In this document: piece by piece, positions 8,601 through 15,553 of the stretch
Position numbering within the stretch: position 1 is the stretch's first letter
Layout of the letters: every line of letters starts with the position of its first letter
DNA from: an uncultured delta proteobacterium
Lineage (GTDB): Bacteria > Myxococcota > Myxococcia > Myxococcales > Myxococcaceae
Assembly (NCBI GenBank): GCA_963771175.1
Contig: CAVYSY010000012.1
Location: 1-15,553, forward strand
Reading direction: 5' to 3'
Length of the DNA: 15,553 bases
Notes under the pieces: model-generated
Told to the model about the DNA's origin: nothing
Databases searched by the model: none
Seen by the model: the letters and a program-made list of their open reading frames with translations, nothing else
Position numbers and translations under genes: made by a program

Positions 8601-9437
8601 ATGCTCGCTCACGCCCTTGTCGCCGCCCTCGCGCTCGTCACCGGTCAGGTTCGCGTGGAGGTTCCCCGCACCACCACCGCCAGCGGGCAGCCCGTGCCCG
8701 TGCTGCCCTTCCCGGGCGAGACGCAGACCATCAACATCATCCAGTGGGACCCCAACCAGCTCCCGCGCATCTACGAGCGCACGGAGCAGCTCCCCCTCAC
8801 GGAAGAGGAGCTGACGAAGCTGGCCCAGGCGGGCTTCGACGAGGCTCAGCTCGTGAAGATGGTGGAGCAGCGCCGCTGCGCGTGCGACGCGAGCGCGGAC
8901 GGGCTCATCCGCCTGAAGACCGCGGGGGTGCCCAAGGGCGTGCTGGACGCGGTGTCCATCCACGCGCTCGCGCCCAACCGGGCCCTCAATCTGCTGATGA
9001 CGCTGGACTTCACCGGCGAGAGTCGGACGGCGCGCGAGGCCTTCCTCTACTTCTTCGTGGAGGACGGGGACCTGACGCGCGTCATCTCCGTCAACCTGTC
9101 GGAGCTGCTCGCGCGCCAGAACGGGCACGAGACGATGGTGGACCGCAGCGACATCCTGCGCGCGAGGACGGTGCGCCGCATCCAGCTCTCCGGGCCGGTG
9201 TCGCTCAAGACGTACGGCTCGCATCGGGTGATGGTGGTGGCGAGCGCCAACCCGACGCTCACCCACCCCGCGCAGCTCACCGAGGCCGAGCGGTCCAAGG
9301 CCCAGCTCTACACCTTCGAGTACCCGCGCGCGTCGCTGCAGAACCTCTGCCGGCTGACGGCCGGGTACCGCCGTGACGCGGTGCTGACCTACAAGTGGCA
9401 CTTCCAGGGCAGCCGCTTCGAATGCGAATGGAACTAG
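8601..9437 (+). CDS. Exported hypothetical protein with four Cys and a small helical module
   Basis: 278-aa intact ORF with GC3-rich codons, 4 nt after the OMP stop. Signal-like N-terminus MLAHALVAALALVTG. Helical module LTEEELTKLAQAGFDEAQLVKMVEQRRCACDASADGLIRLKTAGVPKGVLDAV followed by a beta-rich C-terminus. Confidence 0.8.
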   Translation: MLAHALVAALALVTGQVRVEVPRTTTASGQPVPVLPFPGETQTINIIQWDPNQLPRIYERTEQLPLTEEELTKLAQAGFDEAQLVKMVEQRRCACDASADGLIRLKTAGVPKGVLDAVSIHALAPNRALNLLMTLDFTGESRTAREAFLYFFVEDGDLTRVISVNLSELLARQNGHETMVDRSDILRARTVRRIQLSGPVSLKTYGSHRVMVVASANPTLTHPAQLTEAERSKAQLYTFEYPRASLQNLCRLTAGYRRDAVLTYKWHFQGSRFECEWN

Positions 9438-9451
9438 GAGAGCGCTCCACC

Positions 9452-10051
9452 ATGAAGACCCGTTTGATTGTCTCCGCTTCGCTCGTCGGGCTCCTCGCCG
9501 CCTGCGGAGGGCCGCGTGCCTTCACCCGCGGCACCTACGAGGACCCGAACACCATCGAGATGCTGTCGGACAAGTTCAACGAGAACGACCTGCAGCTCAT
9601 CGCGAAGAAGATGGTGAACTCGCTGGCCGCCTCGCCCCGCTTCGCCCAGCCCGGCGAGAGGCTGCCTGTCGTGCTGGTGGGCCGGATGAAGAACAAGACG
9701 TCCGAGCACATCGACATGAGCTCGCTGGCGGACAAGATCCAGACGAGTCTGGCTCAGACGAGCAGGTTCGCGCTGCTGGACAAGGCGGCGCGCGAGGACA
9801 TCGCCGAGGAGTACGAGTACCAGCAGTCGGGCTACGTGCGCCCGGACGAGGCCAAGGGTCCGGGCCAGCAGGCCAGCGCGGACTACTTGATGACGGGGGA
9901 GATCTCCTCCATCGTCCAGGAGGTCGGCGCGGACAAGCTCGTCTATTACAAGATGACGGTGAAGCTGAACAACGTGCGGACCGGCATCGTGGAGTGGACG
10001 GACGAGAAGGAGATCCGCAAGAAGTTCGAGAAGAAGGGCATCTCCTGGTAG
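9452..10051 (+). CDS. lpoB: LpoB/YcfM-family lipoprotein (penicillin-binding protein activator LpoB-like)
   Basis: AGGAG RBS overlaps the upstream stop; ATG 9452; lipobox LLAA-C. Family motifs DLQLIAKKMVNSL, MKNKTSEHID, ADYLMTGEISSIV and YYKMTVKLNNVRTGIVEWTDEKEIRK. This is a family-level call; orthology to E. coli LpoB is not established. Confidence 0.85.
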   Translation: MKTRLIVSASLVGLLAACGGPRAFTRGTYEDPNTIEMLSDKFNENDLQLIAKKMVNSLAASPRFAQPGERLPVVLVGRMKNKTSEHIDMSSLADKIQTSLAQTSRFALLDKAAREDIAEEYEYQQSGYVRPDEAKGPGQQASADYLMTGEISSIVQEVGADKLVYYKMTVKLNNVRTGIVEWTDEKEIRKKFEKKGISW

Positions 10052-10058
10052 CCCGACC

Positions 10059-11315
10059 ATGAGCCTCACGCGCCATCACCATCTGGGCGTGCTGGGGTGG
10101 GCCGTGCTCGTGCTCGCGAGCGCGGTGCTGCTGACCGGTTGCGCGGGGGACTACGTCGCGCGCACAGGGGGTCTGCGCAGCGCCTACGAGTCGGAGGCCT
10201 ATGACCGGGCCCTGCGCGAGCTGTCGGTGGTGGCGCGGGAGGGCTCCAAGAAGGACCGGCTGCTGGTGCTGCTGGACCGCGGGATGGTGCTGCACGCGGC
10301 GGAACGGTGGCGGGACAGCCTCCAGGTGCTGGCGGAGGCGGATCGCCTGTCCGCGGAGCTGGACTCCATCTCCGTGAGCGAGGAGGCCGGAGCTCTCGTC
10401 ACCAACGAGCGCGAGCGGGCCTACCAGGGCGAGGACTTCGAGAAGCTGATGATCTCCGTGCTCCAGGCGCTCAACTACGCGCAGCTGGGCCAGGACGAGG
10501 AGTCGCTCGTCGAGGTCCGCCGCGTGAACGAGCGGCTGGAGAAGATGATCGTCGACGAGAAGAAGCCGTACGAGCAGCTCGCCATCGCGCGCTACATCGG
10601 CGGCGTGCTGTACGAGGACCAGCGGGAGTGGGACTCGGCGTACATCGACTATGCGAAGGCGCTCGAGCTGGAGCCGAGGCTGGGCTCGCTGGCGGAGCCG
10701 CTGCTGCGGCTGGCGAAGAAGACGGGGCGGCTGGACGAGTACGAGCAACTGCGGCGGCGCTTCCCGGACGTGGAGCACGAGCCGCTGGGGCCCGCCGAGG
10801 GCCAGGTGGTCGTGGTGGTGGAGGCGGGCCTGTCCCCGCAGAAGGAGCCGGCGGACCGGTACCTGAAGCCGCACGACCTCATCCAGGTGCCGGTGTACCG
10901 GGACCGAGGCACTCCGGCGCGGGGGCGGGTGTGGGTGGGGGAGGGGACGGAGCAGCGGACGGTGACGGTGACGTCACTGGCGGACGTGGCGCGGGTGCAC
11001 TTGGAGGACCGGATTGGCCGGCTGCTGGCCCAGCAGGTGGCCGGGGCGGTGGTGAAGACGGGGCTCTCGGCGGGAGCGGGGGCCGTCACGAAGAGCAAGG
11101 AGGTGGGGGCGCTGACCTTCCTGGTGCTGAACGCGATGAACGCACCGGACCTGCGCTCGTGGCTCTCCCTGCCGGCGGAGTTCCAACTGGCGCGCTTCCG
11201 GTTGCCCGCTGGCCGACACATGGTGCTGGTGGACGCGGGAGGCCAGCGCAGTACCCGGGAGGTAGAGGTGAAGCCCGGGAGGGTGCAGGTCATCGTCGTC
11301 CGGCGCTACGACTGA
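10059..11315 (+). CDS. COG3014-type TPR-like lipoprotein
   Basis: Lipobox LLTG-C; helical repeats (LLDRGMVLHAAERWRDSLQVLAEAD; WDSAYIDYAKALEL). Motifs YQGEDFEKLMI...ALNY, SLVEVRR, VVVVEAGLSPQK and PDLRSWLSLPAEFQLAR are typical of the family usually encoded beside lpoB-like genes. Starts 7 nt after the lpoB stop. Confidence 0.8.
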   Translation: MSLTRHHHLGVLGWAVLVLASAVLLTGCAGDYVARTGGLRSAYESEAYDRALRELSVVAREGSKKDRLLVLLDRGMVLHAAERWRDSLQVLAEADRLSAELDSISVSEEAGALVTNERERAYQGEDFEKLMISVLQALNYAQLGQDEESLVEVRRVNERLEKMIVDEKKPYEQLAIARYIGGVLYEDQREWDSAYIDYAKALELEPRLGSLAEPLLRLAKKTGRLDEYEQLRRRFPDVEHEPLGPAEGQVVVVVEAGLSPQKEPADRYLKPHDLIQVPVYRDRGTPARGRVWVGEGTEQRTVTVTSLADVARVHLEDRIGRLLAQQVAGAVVKTGLSAGAGAVTKSKEVGALTFLVLNAMNAPDLRSWLSLPAEFQLARFRLPAGRHMVLVDAGGQRSTREVEVKPGRVQVIVVRRYD

Positions 11316-11317
11316 GC

Positions 11318-11345
11318 GTCTCTCTCCTTCCACCGGGAGAGGGGC
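11318..11345 (+). terminator. Hairpin ending the envelope operon; resembles a degenerate CCCTCTCC...GGGAGAGGG REP-like palindrome
   Basis: GTCTCTCTCC-TTCCACCG-GGAGAGGGGC is a 10-bp stem with two G-U pairs, 2 nt after the stop at 11315. Only one copy occurs in the window. Confidence 0.4.
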
Positions 11346-11480
11346 TCGGAAGGGGACCTGAGCCCTCGGATTTCCACCGTGTATGCCCCCTCTTCCGTCC
11401 GGTTGCCCATCCCCTGGAAGCGCATCCGGGTCCCCCTGGCACCGGATGATGCGTTTCTGTGCTAGGTGTCGGGCCTCCCC

Positions 11481-12242
11481 ATGCCCCTCGCGGTCGCGCT
11501 CTCCTCCTACTCGCTGGTCATCCTGCTGGGCGCCGTCTTGGGCGCGCTGGTGGTGGTGTTCACCCGCAAGCAGGCGCGACTGGTGACGTTCCTGTCGTTC
11601 GCGGCGGGGGTGATGTTCGGGGCGGCGTTCTTCCACCTGCTGCCCGAGGCCTACCACGGGGCGGGGGGGTGGACGTTCTGGCTGGTGGCCGCGGGGTTCC
11701 TCTTCCTGTTGGTGCTGGACCGGTACGTGATGACGCACGCGTGCGAGGACCCGGTGGGGTGCAAGGAGCACCGGCACGCGCAGGGGAAGTCGCTGGGGAT
11801 GACGGCGTTCCTCGGGCTGTCGGCGCACACGCTGTTCGACGGTATCGCGCTGGGCTCGGCGGCGAAGGAGGGGGTGGGACTGATGGCGCTGCTGGCCATC
11901 ACCTCGCACAAGGTGCCCTCGTCGCTGTCGCTGGCCTCCATCCTCAAGTCCGAGGGGAAGAGCACGGCGCGTATCCTGGGCTTCGCGGTGCTGTACGGGC
12001 TGATGGTACCGGTGGGGGCGGGGCTGTACTTCGCCTTCGACGCGGTGCTGAGCTTCGAGTCACTGGCGGCGCGGGCGCTTGCCTTCTCGGCGGGCACCTT
12101 CCTCTACGTGGCGGTGCTGGACCTCATCCCCCACGTCAACCGGCACGGCCGGGAGCGGTGGGGGCGCAACCTGGCGGCGCTGGCGACGGGCCTGCTGCTG
12201 ATGCTCGCGCTGGCGCAGGTCACCGATCACGGGCTGCACTAG
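11481..12242 (+). CDS. ZIP (ZupT/GufA) family divalent metal transporter
   Basis: About 8 TM segments with FAAGVMFGAAFFHLLPEA, His/Cys loop THACEDPVGCKEHRH, TM4 HTLFDGIALG, TM5 HKVPSS and AGTFLYVAVLDLIP. Start is ATG 11481 or GTG 11466. Confidence 0.93.
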   Translation: MPLAVALSSYSLVILLGAVLGALVVVFTRKQARLVTFLSFAAGVMFGAAFFHLLPEAYHGAGGWTFWLVAAGFLFLLVLDRYVMTHACEDPVGCKEHRHAQGKSLGMTAFLGLSAHTLFDGIALGSAAKEGVGLMALLAITSHKVPSSLSLASILKSEGKSTARILGFAVLYGLMVPVGAGLYFAFDAVLSFESLAARALAFSAGTFLYVAVLDLIPHVNRHGRERWGRNLAALATGLLLMLALAQVTDHGLH

Positions 12243-12347
12243 CCGAGAGCGATCGGCGGGAGCAGCCCCAGGCTGGCTGAGTGCCCGCAGGCTGCATCGG
12301 GGCTCCCGAGAGCCCACCCTGTTCATGGCTGCCAGGAATGGGAGGTC

Positions 12348-12758
12348 ATGATGCTGACTGTCGGGGAACTGATGACCCGGGATGTGGTCACGTTGAAGGA
12401 GGACGATGACCTGGTCCGGGGGGACGATCTGCTGGCCGAGTATGAGATTCGCCATCTTCCCGTGGTGAAGGAGGGGAAGCTCGTGGGGCTGGTGAGCCAC
12501 AGGGATCTGATCCGCGCGATGGCCCGCCAGGAGCGCAGCACGGCGGCGGCCACCGTGGTGATTCGGGACGTCATGACGCGTTCGGTGGAGACCCTGAGAC
12601 CGCACAGCTCGGCGCACGAGGCCATCGACAAGCTCCTGGACCACCGGTTCGGGTGCATCCCGGTGGTGGAGGACGGGGGCGTGCTGGTGGGCATCATCAC
12701 GGAGACGGACCTGATCCGGCTCGCGGGCCGCCTGCTGGACAAGCAAGAGAAGCACTGA
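12348..12758 (+). CDS. CBS domain pair protein
   Basis: GGAGG RBS at 12341; start ATG 12348 or 12351. Two CBS repeats: VGELMTRDVVTL...IRHLPVVKEGKLVGLVSHRDL and IRDVMTRSVETL...FGCIPVVEDGGVLVGIITETDL. Confidence 0.95.
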   Translation: MMLTVGELMTRDVVTLKEDDDLVRGDDLLAEYEIRHLPVVKEGKLVGLVSHRDLIRAMARQERSTAAATVVIRDVMTRSVETLRPHSSAHEAIDKLLDHRFGCIPVVEDGGVLVGIITETDLIRLAGRLLDKQEKH

Positions 12759-12765
12759 CGCTTCC

Positions 12766-13246
12766 TCACCCGCCGGGCTGCGCCACCTCTTCCGACTCCG
12801 CCCCGTGCACCGTCATCACCGGACACGAGGCCCGAGCCGAGACCTTCTGCGCGACGCTCCCCATCATGAGGCGGGCGAGCCCGGTGCGTCCGTGCGGTGC
12901 CCATCACCACCAGGTCATACCCCGCGTTGCGCGACGCGGAGGATGGTGTCGGCGGGGATACCGCGCTCGAGGTGGACCTGTGGCGGCACGGGGCTGGAGC
13001 GGTACTGCTCGGCCCAGTCGTGCAGGTGGCGCCCCGCCTGCGCGAGGCCGTACTTCTCCACCGAGGCATCCTCCCAGCCGGGCATCATCATCAAGGCGTC
13101 CGGTCGAGGTGGACGGGGGTCCCCAGACGTGGAGCAGGTCGATGGAGGCCCCATTCGCTGGGCGAGCGAGAAGGCGTACTCCAGGGCCCTCCGCGAGTGC
13201 TCCGAGAAGTCGGTGGGACCAGGATGCGACGGATGGGCTGGGTCAT
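12766..13246 (-). CDS. Universal stress protein (UspA family); several apparent frameshifts
   Basis: Reconstructed across frames: MTQPIRRILVPTDFSEHSRRALEYAFSLAQRMGASIDLLHVW...ERGIPADTILRVAQRGYDLVVMGTHGRTGLARLMMGSVAQKVSARASCPVMTVHGAESEEVAQPGG. It has the USP ATP-binding motif G-2x-G-9x-GS. ATG 13246, TGA 12766. Confidence 0.9.
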
Positions 13247-13340
13247 GGCTTCCGTACTCCCCATGCCTGGAACATGGTGCACTTGCTTTTCCGTTCACAG
13301 GGCCGAGGATGCGCACCGCCGCCAGGGCGGCACCCCGTCC

Positions 13341-14120
13341 ATGGAACGACTCTCTCGACTGGTACGACCACCCCGAGTATTACGAGGCCATCTTCGGCAC
13401 GGACACCGCGCAGGAGATGGACTTCCTGCTGGAGGTGAGCCGTCGCTATGGCACGGGCGGCAAGCTGCTGCTGGAGCCCGCGTGGCGGGCAGGCGGCTCG
13501 TGGCCGAGGCCACTCGCCGGGGCGGCTCGGTGGTGGGCTACGACATCTCCGGAGCAGATGCTGGCCCACGCGCGCCAGCGCCTCACGCCGGCCTGGCGCG
13601 ACGGGCGCGCCTCTACCTGTCGCGCATGGAGGAGTTCTTCCAGCCGGAGCTGGAGGGGCAGGTGGACCTGCGTTCAACCTGGTGTCCACGTTCCGCTACC
13701 TCGACAGCGAGAAGGCGGCGCTCGCGCACCTGGAGGGCACGCGCCGGCTGCTCAAGCCCGAGGGACTGTACGCGTCGGCTTCCACCTCACGGACTACGAG
13801 CGGAGAGAGGCCGGAGCACCAGCGGCGGGTGGAGTGCCTCGGGAAGGACACAGGTGCGCAACACCCACGAGGGGCTGCCGGACCGGCGTCGCGGCGCTCG
13901 AAGATGCGCAACCGGCTGCGGATCACCGGGCCGGAGAAGGACCTGCTGATCGAGGACGCACTGGTACTTCCGCACGTACGACCTGACGCAGGCCCGGCGC
14001 CTCTTTCGTCGGGCCGGCCTGCAGGTGCTGGCCGTCTACGACTTCGGCTACCAGGTAGAGGCCCTGCGCGAGCGGGGGAAATCCGGCTCGACAGCATTCG
14101 CGCCGAGACCCACCACATGA
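13341..14120 (+). CDS. Class I SAM-dependent methyltransferase; heavily frameshifted, ends approximate
   Basis: Fragments in three frames: DWYDHPEYYEAIFGTDTAQEMDFL, motif I region LLEPA..., RLVAEATRRG..VVGYDIS, EQMLAHARQR, LSRMEEFFQPELEGQVDL, FNLVSTFRYLDSEKAALAHLEGTRRLLKPEGLY, GFHLTDYE, WYFRTYD, AGLQVLAVYDF. ATG 13341; probable stop TGA 14120 (alternative TAA 14143). Confidence 0.85.
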
Positions 14121-14155
14121 CGGTGCCGGGGCGAGCACGTTAAATACCTGTTCTC

Positions 14156-15234
14156 ATGTCCAGCAGAAGCCGGTCGGGGTCGCTTCCACTGCTGGTGGCC
14201 CTCCTCGTCACCCTCGTCCAGCTTCCCGCGGTGCTTTGGCTCTGCGGGGTGCGCATCGCCGCTGCCCGCGGTGGTCGCGGTGCTGGTCTCGGTGGCCGCC
14301 TGCGCCAGTTGCAGAGCCCCTGGCACACCACGGCTCCCGCGCTGTCGACCTATCTGGCGCTGGGCTGGTGGTCGGCCTGCGCTGGTGTTCGATCTGCTCA
14401 TGGCCCTGCCGCGCTGGCCGTCGCGGGCGGGCACTGCCCATGAGCGCCACCTGGGGCCTGGCGGGAACCATCGCGCTCGCGGTGGGATGAATGCGTGCCG
14501 GCCGGCCAAGGGTTCGCAAGCGGGTGGTGCGGGTGGAAGGGCTCCCGCCGGAGCTGGACGGCTACCGCATCGGCCGAGCTCTCCGACGTGCACTGCGGGC
14601 CCACATGTCCCCGAGAACCGGGTCTGCCTCGTGGGTGGCACGCCTCAACGCGCTCGACCTCGACCTCGTGACCGTCACCGGCGATCTGATCACCCACGGC
14701 GCTCGCACGTCGAGGCCGTCGCGCGGGCGCTGGGGGCGCTGCGCGCGAAGGACGGCGTCTTCGCCTGCATGGGCAACCACGACTACTTCACCGACGGCGA
14801 GCCCCTCGCGCGCGAGCTGGAGCGCCGGACTGACCGTGCTGCGCAACCGCGGTGTGGTGATGCGGCGCGGCGAGCCGCCTCTACGTGGCCGGCGTCGACG
14901 ACACCTGGACCGACCGCGACGACGTGGGGCAGGCGCTCGCGAGCGGCCGAGGGCGTCCCCACCGTGCTGCTCGCGCACGACCCCGACCTGTTCCCCGAGG
15001 CCAGCCCACGGCGTCGAGCTGACGCTCTCGGGCCACACGCACGGCGGCCAGCTCGCCGCTCCCGGGCGTGCGTCGCCTCTCACTGGCGCGGCTCATCACC
15101 CGCTGCACGGCGGGGCTCTACCGGCAGGGCCGCTCGTGGCTCTACGTGAACCGCGGCGGTCGGCACGACCGGACCGCCGGTGCGGCCTGGGTGCCCTGGC
15201 CGGAGCTGACGGTCATCACCCTCGCCGGGCGCGA
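14156..15234 (+). CDS. Membrane-anchored YkuE/YaeI-like metallophosphoesterase (calcineurin-like); heavily frameshifted, 3' end approximate
   Basis: N-terminal TM segments, then VRVEGLPPELDGYRI, LSDVHCG (DxH), VTGDLIT (GD), ACMGNHDYF (GNHD), LLAHDPDLF, LTLSGHTHGGQ (GHxH), LYVNRG and PELTVITL, spread over several frames. The true stop is probably near 15234; as sequenced the last frame runs to TAG 15295. Confidence 0.88.
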
Positions 15235-15241
15235 GCCCGGC

Positions 15242-15553
15242 TCACTGCACGCGCGCCGAGCGGCGGCGCTCGGCATCCTGCAGGCCGACGAGTAGTACGC
15301 CTGCAAGTCCGACCACCGCGCCACCGGCGGTACTTCGCTCCGGCGAGCGTCGGCGGCCTTCCTGGAAGGGAAGAGGACTGGGCGCCCAGGCGGACGCGGC
15401 CCTTGCTCACCTTGTAGCGGAGCAGCAGCTCGCCGGTGAGCGGGGTGCCCGGCTGCTCCTCGCGGGCCGCAGCCGGCCCCACTGGCCGTTTATCAAGGCG
15501 GAGCACGAGGCGTCCCTCTCGAGGCGCTTCGTCCCAAGCCTCTCCCTCCCGGT
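15242..15553 (-). CDS. GDYXXLXY (COG4929-type) membrane-anchored protein, C-terminal part only; frameshifted
   Basis: Minus strand from the window end reads REGEAWDEAPREGRLVLRLD...EEQPGTPLTGELLLRYKVSKGRVRLGAQS, then after frame shifts FQEG, AGAKY and LVGLQDAER, with TGA at 15242. This matches the recalled family pattern LRY..R.G.V......FFFQEG....Y..A.YG.....G...LVGL.D. The eponymous GDY motif lies outside the window. Confidence 0.65.

Noticed and set aside
12243..12347. Nested inverted repeats (CGGGAGC/GCTCCCG, GCAGCC/GGCTGC) between the ZIP and CBS genes as an ncRNA or tRNA-like element
   Set aside because: Short GC stems are expected by chance; there is no T-loop, anticodon arm, CCA end or known RNA motif.
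13268..13290. TGG...TTGCT as a sigma54 promoter between the USP and methyltransferase genes
   Set aside because: Neither upstream GG gives the required GG-N10-GC spacing.
15539..15553. CCTCTCCCTCCCGGT resembling a second REP-like repeat
   Set aside because: It reads in frame as R-E-G-E-A within the minus-strand GDYXXLXY-type gene and is truncated by the window end, so it cannot be shown to be a repeat.
1..15553. CRISPR array, insertion sequence, prophage, defence system or biosynthetic gene cluster
   Set aside because: No regularly spaced direct repeats and no transposase, integrase, phage, nuclease, PKS, NRPS or RiPP motifs. The SnoaL-like and methyltransferase genes are 13 kb apart with no core synthase between them.

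Overview
GC-rich (about 70% by eye) chromosomal segment with myxobacterial-type gene content (the Myxococcales assignment is inferred). About 15 protein-coding genes; no rRNA, tRNA, CRISPR array or mobile element is visible. Left arm (- strand, in transcription order): single-domain response regulator, lipoprotein fusing a degenerate UshA/5'-nucleotidase-like CxC domain to a 4-CxxCH cytochrome c, MltD-like SLT+LysM lytic transglycosylase, M20 peptidase, SnoaL/NTF2-like protein (partial). Centre (+ strand): MscS-family channel, a tight four-gene envelope operon (beta-barrel OMP, Cys-containing exported protein, LpoB-family lipoprotein, COG3014-type lipoprotein), ZIP metal transporter, CBS-pair protein. 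Right arm: universal stress protein (-), class I SAM methyltransferase (+), YkuE-like metallophosphoesterase (+), GDYXXLXY-family protein (-, partial). Both flanks (about 980-6110 and 12900-15553) carry many small indels, while 6297-12758 is clean. This looks like long-read sequencing error rather than pseudogenisation, so the flank genes were reconstructed across frames by eye. The best candidates for poorly characterised systems are the receiver/CxC-tetraheme lipoprotein/lytic transglycosylase cluster and the OMP-LpoB-COG3014 operon. All family calls come from motif recognition; no database searches were run.
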